Shown piece by piece: positions 9,498 through 19,039 of a stretch of DNA of 48,816 bases; the stretch's first letter is position 1, and every line of letters starts with the position of its first letter. The position numbers and the translations under genes were made by a program. Below the pieces are notes generated by a model that made no database searches, was not told the origin of the DNA, and saw only the letters and a list, made by a program, of their open reading frames with translations. Origin of the DNA: Candidatus Omnitrophota bacterium (lineage in GTDB: Bacteria; Omnitrophota; Gorgyraeia; Duberdicusellales; 4484-171); NCBI GenBank assembly GCA_028703535.1, contig JAQVMQ010000003.1:1-48816 (forward strand), written 5' to 3'.

Positions 9498-12311
9498 ATG
9501 GCTAAGAAGATGGTATATTTTTTCAGTAAAAATGATTCTGACGGTAACGCAACAATGAAACAGCTTTTAGGCGGTAAAGGGGCCAATTTAGCTGAAATGT
9601 CTACTTTAGGATTGCCGGTACCGCCAGGCATGACCATTACTACAGAAGTATGTAAAGCCTATTATGATAATGGCCGTAAATATCCTAAAGAATTGAAAGC
9701 TCAAGTAGAAGCAAATCTTAAAAAATTAGAGCAGGTCACCGGTAAAAAATTTGGTGATATCAATAATCCTTTATTAATGTCGGTACGAAGCGGTGCGGCT
9801 GTTTCTATGCACGGTATGATTGATACGATATTAAATCTAGGGTTAAACGATAAAGTTGTAGAGGGTCTTGCGAAGTTAACTAATAATCCAAGATTTGCAT
9901 GGGATTCTTACCGTCGCTTTATTCAGATGTTCGGGGATGTCGCGATGGGTGTTGAACATCATTTGTTTGAACATGAACTTGAAGAAGTAAAAAGAGGTAT
10001 AGCCAAAAAAACCGGGATTAAAGGTGCGGCTACATTAGTTCAGGAGGCATTAAATAAAGTAGTTCCTGATACTGCTCTTTCTGTCGACGATCTTAAGAAT
10101 CTTGTGGGACGATATAAAAAAGTCTATAAAAAACATAAAGATTCTGATTTTCCTCAATCACCTAAGGAGCAGATGTGGCATGCAATAACTGCTGTTTTTA
10201 GCTCTTGGAATAATGACAGGGCTATAGCATATAGAGAAATCAATCAGATAAAAGGGCTGATAGGTACGGCAGTTAATGTTCAGACTATGGTTTTTGGGAA
10301 TATGGGTAAAGATTCAGGTACCGGCGTAGGTTTTACACGTAACCCTTCAACTGGTGAGAATAAGCTTTATGGTGAATATCTTATGGATGCTCAAGGCGAA
10401 GATGTTGTTGCAGGTATAAGAACACCATTGTCGATAGATAAGCTCTATAAGGAAAATAAAAAGGTTTACACCCAGCTTTTAGCTATTCGGGCAAAACTTG
10501 AAAAACATTATAAAGATATGCAGGATTTTGAATTTACTATTGAAAAAGGCGTCCTTTATATGCTTCAGACCCGTTCTGGTAAAAGAACGGCCACTGCTGC
10601 GGTTGCAACGGCAGTTGATATGGTAAAAGAGAAGCTTATTGATAAAGAAACAGCATTACTTCGTATTCAGCCTGAACAATTAAATCAGCTGTTACATCCT
10701 ATGTTTGATCCGGCAGATGAAAAAAAGGCCAAAGTACTTTCAAAGTCAGGTCTTCCTGCATCACCGGGAGCAGCTGTAGGGCAGGCGGTATTTACGGCTA
10801 AAGATGCGGAAGAATGGAAAGCTCAAGGTAAAGACGTAATTCTCTGCCGTTTAGAGACTTCCCCAGAGGATATTAGGGGTATGCATGCCGCTAACGGTAT
10901 ATTGACAGCAAGGGGTGGTATGACTTCACATGCTGCTGTTGTTGCCAGAGGCTGGGGTAAGTGTTGCGTTGCAGGTGCAGGTGATATATCAATGCACGCC
11001 AAAGAAATGAAATGTAAAGCTCTTACAATAAAAGAAGGAGACTGGATATCACTTAATGGAAGTACCGGTGTGGTTTATGTCGGAAAGATAAAAACAATTT
11101 CACCTAAGATGACAGGTCCTTTTGGGGTTATTATGTCATGGGCGGATAAAGTCCGTAAATTAGGTGTCCGTACTAATTCCGATACGCCTGCTGATACAAA
11201 AGTTGCGCTAAGTTTTGGCGCTGAAGGTATAGGGCTTTGCAGAACCGAACATATGTTTTTTGAAGGTGATAGAATATTGTCTTTCAGGAAGATGATATTA
11301 GTCGCGCCTGAAGTAAAAGAGCTGCGTTCGGCGATTGCACAGTCTACTGATCCGGTAGAAATCAAGAAATTGGAAAAAGAATTGGAAAAACCTTTAGCAC
11401 AGTATCTGAAAGCATTAAAGGAATTATTGCCGCATCAAAGAAATGATTTCAAAGGAATATTTAAAGAACTTAAAGGTGCGCCTTGTACTATACGATTTTT
11501 GGATCCGCCGTTACATGAGTTTCTTCCGCATGATGAAGAAGGCCAGAAAAAACTCGCTAACGCTTTGAAAATAGATTATAAAGCTGTTAAAGCAACCGTT
11601 GAATCCTTGAACGAGTTTAACCCTATGTTGGGTCATAGAGGCTGCCGATTGGGTATAACTTTTCCTGAGATAACTAAAATGCAGGCAACAGCTGTAATTG
11701 AAGCTGCACTTGCCGTAAAAGCGTCAGGATTAGAAGTTCAACCAGAGATCATGATACCGCTGGTCGGGCATGTTAAGGAGCTGTCTATGCAGAAACAACT
11801 AGTGTTAGATGAGATCGAGCGGATTAAAAAAGAGAAGAAATTGAAAAAATTACCTTTTACGGTTAAGATAGGTACTATGATCGAAGTTCCCCGTGCTGCA
11901 GTTACTGCCGATCTCATAGCACAGGAAGCTGAATTCTTTTCGTTCGGAACAAATGATCTTACACAAATGGGATGCGGATTTTCTCGTGATGATGCGGGTA
12001 AATTCTTGGTTGATTACGTTAAAGAAGATATATATGAGAATGATCCTTTCCAGGTTTTAGACCAGGAAGGAGTTGGCCGATTGGTTGAGATTGCTGTTAA
12101 TTTAGGACGTAAGACCCGTCCTAATATTAAATTGGGTATATGCGGCGAGCATGGCGGTGATCCGAAATCAGTTGAATTCTGCCATAAAACAGGGTTAAAT
12201 TATGTCAGCTGTTCACCTTTCCGTGTACCTATAGCAAGGCTTGCGGCGGCACATGCGGCATTAAAAGACAGATGTAAATGTTCCGGTTCCAAAAAAAAGT
12301 GTGGTAAATAA
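9498..12311 (+). CDS. ppdK: Pyruvate, phosphate dikinase
   Basis: LGGKGANLAEM; catalytic His in GGMTSHAAVVARG; C-terminal GICGEHGGDP; 937 aa. Confidence 0.92.
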   Translation: MAKKMVYFFSKNDSDGNATMKQLLGGKGANLAEMSTLGLPVPPGMTITTEVCKAYYDNGRKYPKELKAQVEANLKKLEQVTGKKFGDINNPLLMSVRSGAAVSMHGMIDTILNLGLNDKVVEGLAKLTNNPRFAWDSYRRFIQMFGDVAMGVEHHLFEHELEEVKRGIAKKTGIKGAATLVQEALNKVVPDTALSVDDLKNLVGRYKKVYKKHKDSDFPQSPKEQMWHAITAVFSSWNNDRAIAYREINQIKGLIGTAVNVQTMVFGNMGKDSGTGVGFTRNPSTGENKLYGEYLMDAQGEDVVAGIRTPLSIDKLYKENKKVYTQLLAIRAKLEKHYKDMQDFEFTIEKGVLYMLQTRSGKRTATAAVATAVDMVKEKLIDKETALLRIQPEQLNQLLHPMFDPADEKKAKVLSKSGLPASPGAAVGQAVFTAKDAEEWKAQGKDVILCRLETSPEDIRGMHAANGILTARGGMTSHAAVVARGWGKCCVAGAGDISMHAKEMKCKALTIKEGDWISLNGSTGVVYVGKIKTISPKMTGPFGVIMSWADKVRKLGVRTNSDTPADTKVALSFGAEGIGLCRTEHMFFEGDRILSFRKMILVAPEVKELRSAIAQSTDPVEIKKLEKELEKPLAQYLKALKELLPHQRNDFKGIFKELKGAPCTIRFLDPPLHEFLPHDEEGQKKLANALKIDYKAVKATVESLNEFNPMLGHRGCRLGITFPEITKMQATAVIEAALAVKASGLEVQPEIMIPLVGHVKELSMQKQLVLDEIERIKKEKKLKKLPFTVKIGTMIEVPRAAVTADLIAQEAEFFSFGTNDLTQMGCGFSRDDAGKFLVDYVKEDIYENDPFQVLDQEGVGRLVEIAVNLGRKTRPNIKLGICGEHGGDPKSVEFCHKTGLNYVSCSPFRVPIARLAAAHAALKDRCKCSGSKKKCGK

Positions 12312-12316
12312 CCTTA

Positions 12317-13135
12317 ATGGAAGCAATTAAAGCCTATTTGAATAGAATTAAACACATTCCTCTTCTTTCGAAAACGGAAGAGGAGGAATGTGTTTTAAGT
12401 GCCCAAAAAGGACTTAAAGAAGCACGTCGCAAGTTAATTAACGCTAATCTTAAATTAGTTGTTAATATTGCCAAGCATTATTCGCGTTATGGTATGACCC
12501 TGATGGATCTAATTGCTGAGGGCAATATTGGATTGATGAGGGCTATAGACAAATTTGATCTTTCCCGGGGTTTTAGGTTTTCGACTTATGCGGCTTGGTG
12601 GATACGCCAGGCAATTACACGTTCGTTGATCGATCAAGGTAAGACTATTCGTGTTCCGGTTTATATGAGTGAAATAATCTCTAAGTATAAAAAAACATGC
12701 GAACAGTTACGGCAAAAGCTGAAACGTGAACCCTCTAGAATCGAAATCGCTAAAAGACTTAAGCTGCCTGTAAATAAGATTGGCGAAATAGAGATGTGGA
12801 TACAAAAAAAGTCCTCATTAGATGCACCTGTCGGTAATGGCGATTCGCAATTAGGTGATTTTATCGCATCTAAAACAGGCTCAGAAACTGAAGATGAAAT
12901 AACTCTTTTCTTTAAAAAAGAACAAATCAATCAATTGTTAGAGCAGATAACGGAACGTGAACGTGATGTGTTGGACATGAGATTCGGTATTTCGGGAAAA
13001 GTCACTAAAACATTAGCAGAGATTGCCGAACAATTAAATATTTCGCGTGAGCGTGTTAGGCAAATAGAAAAAGATGCCTTAAAAAAATTAAAAAAATACG
13101 CCGTTGAAGCCCGGAAAAACGAATTTGAAATATAA
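12317..13135 (+). CDS. RNA polymerase sigma factor, sigma-70 family (short RpoD-like form)
   Basis: Region 2 DLIAEGNIGLMRAIDKFD...FSTYAAWWIRQAI and region 4 TLAEIAEQLNISRERVRQIE; no region 1.1. Confidence 0.85.
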   Translation: MEAIKAYLNRIKHIPLLSKTEEEECVLSAQKGLKEARRKLINANLKLVVNIAKHYSRYGMTLMDLIAEGNIGLMRAIDKFDLSRGFRFSTYAAWWIRQAITRSLIDQGKTIRVPVYMSEIISKYKKTCEQLRQKLKREPSRIEIAKRLKLPVNKIGEIEMWIQKKSSLDAPVGNGDSQLGDFIASKTGSETEDEITLFFKKEQINQLLEQITERERDVLDMRFGISGKVTKTLAEIAEQLNISRERVRQIEKDALKKLKKYAVEARKNEFEI

Positions 13136-13152
13136 AAAGGAGTAGTTTTTTT

Positions 13153-13665
13153 ATGAAAATCAAAGATATGATACGCGACATTCCGGATTTTCCTAAAAAA
13201 GGGATACTATTTAAAGATATAACCACATTGATCAACGATAAGAAAGCATTTCGTTCGGTAATAAATAAGTTAGCTAGGGTTTATAAAGATAAAAAGTTGG
13301 ATTATATAGTGGCTGCAGAATCAAGAGGGTTTATCTTTGCCGCACCGCTTGCATATAAACTCAATTGCGGTTTTGTGCCTATACGTAAGCCGGGGAAATT
13401 ACCGGCACCGGTGTATAAAGAGTCCTATTCTTTAGAGTATGGCATAAATACCATAGAAATGCATAAAGATGCGTTTCCTAAAGGGTCTAAGGTCTTAGTA
13501 TTGGATGATCTATTAGCAACCGGCGGAACAGCTTTGGCTATGACAAAACTTCTAAAGAAGTTACAGGCTAAAATACAAGGTATCGCGTTTATCGTAGAGT
13601 TGGATTTTTTAGGGGGCAGGAAAAAATTCAAAAATTATCCTATTTTCTCATTAATACATTATTAA
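13153..13665 (+). CDS. apt: Adenine phosphoribosyltransferase
   Basis: DFPKKGILFKDIT, a PRPP loop VLVLDDLLATGGTA, and 170 aa. Confidence 0.9.
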   Translation: MKIKDMIRDIPDFPKKGILFKDITTLINDKKAFRSVINKLARVYKDKKLDYIVAAESRGFIFAAPLAYKLNCGFVPIRKPGKLPAPVYKESYSLEYGINTIEMHKDAFPKGSKVLVLDDLLATGGTALAMTKLLKKLQAKIQGIAFIVELDFLGGRKKFKNYPIFSLIHY

Positions 13666-13673
13666 ATAAATAT

Positions 13674-13746
13674 GCCCCCATAGCTCAGAAGGACAGAGCG
13701 CGGCCCTCCTAAGGCTGAGAGCCCCGTTCGAGTCGGGGTGGGGGCA
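13674..13746 (+). tRNA. tRNA-Arg (anticodon CCT)
   Basis: Hand-folded cloverleaf: acceptor gccccca/tgggggc, D stem gctc/gagc, anticodon stem cggcc/ggctg with loop ctCCTaa, T arm ccccg-ttcgagt-cgggg. CCA is not encoded. Confidence 0.9.
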
Positions 13747-13776
13747 TTGATTATATTTTTATAACAGGATCTAAAT

Positions 13777-14322
13777 ATGCGGTTTTTTGCGAAATTATTT
13801 ATTCAGGTTATTTTTATATTAGTTTTTTTGCTTTTCTCAAAGGCATATTCTGAAAATAACCAAGTCGTATTAGTGTCTTCATTCACATTGATGGATACCA
13901 AAACACCTATATTTATGAATCTTGAAAAAGATTTTTCTAATTGTCTGGCCGATAGATTGAAATTAATGACAAATTATACCGTATTAACAGATATTTCTAA
14001 ATCCAAACTTGCATATTCTAATATCTCTGATGAAATAATCCTTACCGGTGATATTTTGAATTTTCAGCCCGGTGTAATTGATACTTATACCGGCAAGAAA
14101 GTAGCCTATATTGAAGTTGAGGTACAACTGATAAATGCTAAGAAAGGTACTGTGATCTCAACTAAGCGAATATCTGCACGAGTACCCGAATCACAGTACT
14201 CATTAGGCTATAGCGGACAATGGAGTATCAAAAGTTCTGATTTTTCCCGTACTTCTTTGGGTAAAGCATATAGTGCTTTCATAAATCAGACAATAATTTA
14301 TGTAAAAGAGACACTCAAATAG
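13777..14322 (+). CDS. Hypothetical secreted protein (CsgG/LpoB-like sequence pattern)
   Basis: N-terminal signal peptide and 181 aa. The family resemblance is weak and pattern-level only. Confidence 0.35.
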   Translation: MRFFAKLFIQVIFILVFLLFSKAYSENNQVVLVSSFTLMDTKTPIFMNLEKDFSNCLADRLKLMTNYTVLTDISKSKLAYSNISDEIILTGDILNFQPGVIDTYTGKKVAYIEVEVQLINAKKGTVISTKRISARVPESQYSLGYSGQWSIKSSDFSRTSLGKAYSAFINQTIIYVKETLK

Positions 14323-14412
14323 TTATTGAATATTAGGGCCAAGGCAGCTATTGCCTAAAATATAATTTCTGTTATAATAACGATATTTGACGAGCCTAAG
14401 GAGGTGTTAAGA

Positions 14413-14580
14413 GTGGCTGAAGTAAAAATAGAAAGAAATGAAGATTTTGAAAAAGCATTGCGTAAATTTAAGATGCAATGTAAGCGTGAGGGGATTGTTA
14501 AAGATTGTAAAAACAGACAATTTTATACTAAACCTTCACAACAGAGACGTGAAAAGACTAAGAAAAAAAAACGCGGTTAA
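14413..14580 (+). CDS. rpsU: 30S ribosomal protein S21
   Basis: Absent from the ORF track (55 aa). GTG start 8 nt after AGGAGG (14399-14404). Translation MAEVKIERNEDFEKALRKFKMQCKREGIVKDCKNRQFYTKPSQQRREKTKKKKRG fits the S21 pattern. Confidence 0.85.
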   Translation: MAEVKIERNEDFEKALRKFKMQCKREGIVKDCKNRQFYTKPSQQRREKTKKKKRG

Positions 14581-14633
14581 TACTTTGTGTATAAGGTCAT
14601 TGTTTTGAATTTTTCTTAACATCATACTACCGA

Positions 14634-14909
14634 ATGAATTGTGAAAACATAAAAAAGATCATACCAAGATATATTTCTCATAACGCCAGTAATGACGAAA
14701 TAAATATGGTTGAGGAGCATTTATGTATTTGCGATAAATGTCGTACTTTGCTTGCGGATAGCATGGACAGCCCTCAACCCACTGTATTCAATGAGCCGGA
14801 TAATAAAGACCTTAAAAAAGATGAAATTTCCGGTCTTTTAGAGTATTTGTTGTTAGGCATAAGCTTGCTTATTTTACTATATTTTTTATTTTCTTCTGTA
14901 TTATCCTGA
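14634..14909 (+). CDS. Putative zf-HC2 anti-sigma factor (membrane anchored)
   Basis: H-x3-C-x2-C motif (HLCICDKC) near the N-terminus, plus a C-terminal transmembrane helix. Confidence 0.5.
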   Translation: MNCENIKKIIPRYISHNASNDEINMVEEHLCICDKCRTLLADSMDSPQPTVFNEPDNKDLKKDEISGLLEYLLLGISLLILLYFLFSSVLS

Positions 14910-15008
14910 TATAATTATATTTTTTATACAAATTCTGTAATATTTTTTTTAGTAAATTTAAGAAAAAAGTATTGTAAGAGGTGCTAAATAATTTATAATA
15001 ATACTCAT

Positions 15009-15209
15009 ATGATTATTTCGCATAAAAAAATTAAAATATTCAGAATTCAAAACCGTAAAGGGTATGCTGCAATATGCATGGATAATTTAACTGAAGGTAA
15101 AACGATAACCCAAACGTATGAACGTATGGTAAAAGCATTAAAACGGTCGGGTATAACACTAAAAACTCAGATAAATGACTTATCAGAGCTTTTAACTAAT
15201 TTTAAATGA
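15009..15209 (+). CDS. Hypothetical small protein
   Basis: 66-aa ORF with no diagnostic motif. Confidence 0.3.
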   Translation: MIISHKKIKIFRIQNRKGYAAICMDNLTEGKTITQTYERMVKALKRSGITLKTQINDLSELLTNFK

Positions 15210-15217
15210 GGTAATTT

Positions 15218-15733
15218 ATGGCACTTTTCTTTATTTTTATTGCAGTCGTTGGTTCGGCTTTTTTTGTTTATTATAGTTTCAAAGAATCTATAAATGATAC
15301 GAACAAAGATTCAAAGATATCGGAACTTAAAGAAAAAAATATAAATATGAATCTTCAGATAGATCAACTTCGTACTGAATGCAGAAAGTTAAAAGAAGCA
15401 TCAGCTCAATATACTCAGGAAAATTATTCAGCAATAGAGAATGAGGTTGATCTTTTGAAATCAGAAAACGTTACTTTAAAAAATAAACTTTTAGAGAAAG
15501 AAAATGAAATTGTAAAAATGCAGCGTATAATTTCTGAAAATACAAAGAAACAACCAGATATAAAAAAACAGCCGGACACTACAAAAACGGTTAACAACGA
15601 AGGACTTCGTATTATATCCACTCCTTTAGGCGATATAACGCAAGAAGACCTATCTGAGAACAAGTCTATATCTTCAAAAAATAATCTACCTACCGAGAAT
15701 ATCATAAATCTCGTAGATGATGAAGACGAGTAA
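15218..15733 (+). CDS. Hypothetical membrane-anchored coiled-coil protein
   Basis: N-terminal transmembrane helix, then heptad-rich KLKEASAQ...LKSENVTLKNKLLEKENEIV. Confidence 0.4.
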   Translation: MALFFIFIAVVGSAFFVYYSFKESINDTNKDSKISELKEKNINMNLQIDQLRTECRKLKEASAQYTQENYSAIENEVDLLKSENVTLKNKLLEKENEIVKMQRIISENTKKQPDIKKQPDTTKTVNNEGLRIISTPLGDITQEDLSENKSISSKNNLPTENIINLVDDEDE

Positions 15734-15739
15734 TCCGTA

Positions 15740-16702
15740 TTAGGTATTTAGTCTTTTAATTAATATTTTTGAATATAATCTGGTTATTCGTGTTGTTGTT
15801 ATTTGTTCAGGATTAATGTACATTGCGTTTAGTGACCCGCCTGCGACTGCGTATTTAACACATTCATGAAAAGATTTGTTTTTCAGAACGGCCCATAAAA
15901 AATAGGCTATAAATGTATCGCCACAGCCTACCGGACTTTTTGTTTCTATCTTGGGAGGCAGGGCTTGTAGTATAATATTGCCGTCGGAGACAACCGCACC
16001 CCTTGAACCTTGTGTAATAGCAGCTATTTTTATTCCTTTTTTATGAAAGTCATGCATGGCTTTTATTAAGTGATTCTTTTGTTTTATTTTGTATCCACAT
16101 ATTTTCTCACATTCTGTTAAATTAGGTTTTATCATAAAAGGTGAGGTTTTCAATAAGCCAAGAAGATATTCAGGACCTGAGGCGTCAAAGATCGTCTTTA
16201 TTTTATATCTATCTGCAATACGTATTAATTTTGAATAAAAATCCAAAGATACGCCGGGTATTATGCGTCCGGAGATAACAACGTATTGACTTTTTTTGAG
16301 ATAAAACTCGTATTTTTTCACAAAATCGATTATGTTATTTTTATTAACTAATGGACCCGGTTCGAGAATACGTGTAATACGATTATTTTTTGTTTTATCA
16401 TCAAGTATGGTTAAACTTGTTCGTGTTAGACCGTTCGTTTTTATGAAATCATTTCTTATCCCTTCACGGTCAAGATTTTCCAAAATGAATTTATCATTTA
16501 AGCGGCCAATAAAGCCTATGGCAATGTTGTTTACGCCGAGTTTATTTAATATTCTTGAGACATTTATACCTTTTCCTCCTACATTTTGGATAGGGGCAGA
16601 AACACGGGAATCTGTGCCTTTTTTAAAGTCTTCTATATAAATATTTTTATCAATGGCCGGATTAAGGGTAACGGTAAGGATGTTTTTCGAATTAACTGTC
16701 AT
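15740..16702 (-). CDS. pfkB: 1-phosphofructokinase family hexose kinase (PfkB family)
   Basis: TLNPAIDK N-terminus, GGKGINV, C-terminal GCGDTF motif; 320 aa. Confidence 0.8.
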   Translation of the reverse strand: MTVNSKNILTVTLNPAIDKNIYIEDFKKGTDSRVSAPIQNVGGKGINVSRILNKLGVNNIAIGFIGRLNDKFILENLDREGIRNDFIKTNGLTRTSLTILDDKTKNNRITRILEPGPLVNKNNIIDFVKKYEFYLKKSQYVVISGRIIPGVSLDFYSKLIRIADRYKIKTIFDASGPEYLLGLLKTSPFMIKPNLTECEKICGYKIKQKNHLIKAMHDFHKKGIKIAAITQGSRGAVVSDGNIILQALPPKIETKSPVGCGDTFIAYFLWAVLKNKSFHECVKYAVAGGSLNAMYINPEQITTTRITRLYSKILIKRLNT

Positions 16703-16786
16703 ATTTTTATTATAACATAACTTTTATTTCCTTGAATTATTATAAATAACATTTATAATAATATCTAATACAAAAGGGAGGATGTA

Positions 16787-17278
16787 ATGAGAAATTTCAT
16801 AACTGCGATATCATTGGTGTTGGCTGTTTCTTTGGTTTCCGGGTGTTTTAATAAAAAAGCAATTGCAACAGGGAATAAGGTGTCATTTGATTATATACTT
16901 AAAGTAAATGGTACTATTATTGATAGTACGGGGGAAACCGGGCCTAAAGAATATATACAGGGTAATAATGAGTTGATAAGCGGGCTTGAATCACGAATGC
17001 TCGGGTTGCGAGAAGGTGAGACTAAAACAATCGTTGTTCCGCCAACGGAAGCTTACGGTGAGTATACCCTGAATGCGGTTAAGGAAGTTCCTAAAGCAAA
17101 TTTGCCGGAAAATATCGTTCCTGAAAAAGGCCAGATTTTGCGTTTAATGACCAATGAGAATACACCTCTATGGGGACGTATTCTGGATATAAAAGAAGAG
17201 AATTTACTAGTGGATTTTAATCATCCACTGGCCGGTAAAGATTTAGAATTTATTGTTACAATTATTAATATAGAATAA
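16787..17278 (+). CDS. FKBP-type peptidyl-prolyl cis-trans isomerase (lipoprotein)
   Basis: Lipobox VSGC; VSFDYILKV...GLESRMLGLREGE...AYGEY...NHPLAGKDLEF SlyD/FKBP pattern. Confidence 0.8.
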   Translation: MRNFITAISLVLAVSLVSGCFNKKAIATGNKVSFDYILKVNGTIIDSTGETGPKEYIQGNNELISGLESRMLGLREGETKTIVVPPTEAYGEYTLNAVKEVPKANLPENIVPEKGQILRLMTNENTPLWGRILDIKEENLLVDFNHPLAGKDLEFIVTIINIE

Positions 17279-17289
17279 ACACTCTAGCT

Positions 17290-17592
17290 ATGTCTAATGA
17301 GAAAGCCGATGATTTTACTGCAGAAAGTGAAATAAAGGCTCTTCGTGACGAACAATTACAACGGATAGCCGTTCTAAATGACTATGTAACTGGTTATACA
17401 AAAGAGAACTTATATTCCGATCTAAAGCTCTATTATGATGAAGAGGTAGAATTTAATTTTAAAAAATTTGATAATTTTTTTAATGATGTATCTTTTCTCG
17501 AAAAGCTTGTGAATACAGCTAAACAAAAAAATACTCATCCCGTACTTGAATTTATACAATATATTTTTATTCAATCTGTTAAAGATGATTAG
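17290..17592 (+). CDS. Hypothetical protein
   Basis: 100-aa ORF that overlaps the next gene by 8 nt. Confidence 0.35.
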   Translation: MSNEKADDFTAESEIKALRDEQLQRIAVLNDYVTGYTKENLYSDLKLYYDEEVEFNFKKFDNFFNDVSFLEKLVNTAKQKNTHPVLEFIQYIFIQSVKDD

Positions 17593-18676
17593 AGCGATAT
17601 TCTCATTGTTTTTTATTTCAAGTTTTTTTTTATCTCTGGCTTTTGCCGATATCATTTATTTGAAAAATGGCAAATCGGTTAATGGTATTATTGAGTCTGA
17701 AACTGCCGAGCATCTTATTGTCAATATCGGTCCGGGTGAGATACAGGTAGACAAAGATAATATAAATACTTTCATTAAAGAAGAAAATACGGATCTTGAA
17801 AAACTTTGGGAAAATAAATATATTTTTAATAAAGATTTTGTTCCTGAAAGATTTTCTGAAACAATAGATAATTTAAATTTATTGAAAAACCAAAGAATAG
17901 CCGCAATCTCGGCCAAGCAGCAAAAAGAAAAATTAAAAAAATCACAATATCTATTAGATAAAAAGATGTATAGTATTCGTAAAGAACTTGATAGATTAAG
18001 TCAAAAATTATCAACTATGATATTAAAAGATAATCAGCAAGAATATTCGGCAATTGTCGAGAGATTCTATTCTTTACAAGCAGAACTTCAACTGGCCGAC
18101 AGTAGATCCCTTCAGATAAAGGAGGAGTTGCCGGTTTTGAATCAAGCTATCTCAAAATACATATCTGAACTCAATTTGTTTGAGTCGGATCTTGACGAAA
18201 AGGCCAAAAACTTAACGTCCTATAAAGAACAGAATTTCGTTGATGCTGTTAATTCTCAACTTGCGGTTTTTCATGAAGATTTTACGGCACATATACAAGA
18301 ATATACTATGCGCAACGACAATATAATAGTTCGCGGAGTTATTAATAATACTGTTGTCTGTGAGTTTGTCGTAGATACAGGCGCATCAATTGTTTTACTC
18401 CCGTATAAAGTAGCTGACAGGCTTTCTTTGATAAATAGTAACGGTCAGACTTTTGAAGCTACCTTGGCAAATGGGGAAAAGGTACCTGCCCAACTTGCCA
18501 TCTTAAAGAAATTACAGGTTGGGGAGTCATATGCAGAGAACGTTCAGGCAGGTATATTATTAGACAGGACTAGAGATTACCCTGGTTTGTTAGGTATGTC
18601 ATTTCTTAAAAACTTTATTATTAAAATAAATTATAACGAATCAAAGCTGCAGCTTGAGGATTTTACTCCGGAATAA
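17585..18676 (+). CDS. Retropepsin-like aspartic protease with signal peptide and coiled-coil region
   Basis: VVDTGASIVLL (D-T-G-A) in the C-terminal domain. I prefer the ATG at 17585 (MIRAIFSLFFISSFFLSLAFA signal peptide) over the ORF-track TTG at 17546. Confidence 0.65.
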   Translation: MIRAIFSLFFISSFFLSLAFADIIYLKNGKSVNGIIESETAEHLIVNIGPGEIQVDKDNINTFIKEENTDLEKLWENKYIFNKDFVPERFSETIDNLNLLKNQRIAAISAKQQKEKLKKSQYLLDKKMYSIRKELDRLSQKLSTMILKDNQQEYSAIVERFYSLQAELQLADSRSLQIKEELPVLNQAISKYISELNLFESDLDEKAKNLTSYKEQNFVDAVNSQLAVFHEDFTAHIQEYTMRNDNIIVRGVINNTVVCEFVVDTGASIVLLPYKVADRLSLINSNGQTFEATLANGEKVPAQLAILKKLQVGESYAENVQAGILLDRTRDYPGLLGMSFLKNFIIKINYNESKLQLEDFTPE

Positions 18677-18689
18677 GTTGATGTTTATA

Positions 18690-19034
18690 CTATAATTTTT
18701 GTCGGGCTTTTGCTCTTATATATTCTTCAAGATAGAGTATTTTATCTTTTGGAGCATCAACGAATTTAAGGCCGACATCATATCTATTTATGCCGGTAGG
18801 ATCTTTTTTTATCCATTGTACTTGTGACAGTATTGTAATAGCAAACGTCATTTTTTTTATTTTTAGATTTAATTTCAATAGAGAATTTTTAGGAATAAAT
18901 TCATGAGTGTAGATTCTGGCTCCGCCTAAGCTTATATCCCGTGTCATAAAAGAAAATTGTTTAGGATATGTTACTATTTGATAAACAATTTCTGAATCGT
19001 CCGGTATGCGTATATAACGTCGTCTTTCGTTCAT
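18690..19034 (-). CDS. PilZ domain protein
   Basis: RRRYIR (RxxxR) and DISLGG (DxSxxG) c-di-GMP-binding motifs. Located 5 nt downstream of pilM. Confidence 0.7.
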   Translation of the reverse strand: MNERRRYIRIPDDSEIVYQIVTYPKQFSFMTRDISLGGARIYTHEFIPKNSLLKLNLKIKKMTFAITILSQVQWIKKDPTGINRYDVGLKFVDAPKDKILYLEEYIRAKARQKL

Positions 19035-19039
19035 AGTAT

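Noticed and set aside
15009-15209. The 66-aa ORF as a HicB-like antitoxin
   Set aside because: The resemblance is vague (FRIQNRKGYAAICMDNL). There is no adjacent HicA-like or other toxin ORF, so it is left as hypothetical.
17546-17584. TTG start at 17546 for the aspartic protease gene
   Set aside because: It adds 13 residues ahead of an obvious signal peptide and overlaps 47 nt of the upstream gene. The ATG at 17585 gives a standard signal peptide and an 8-nt overlap.
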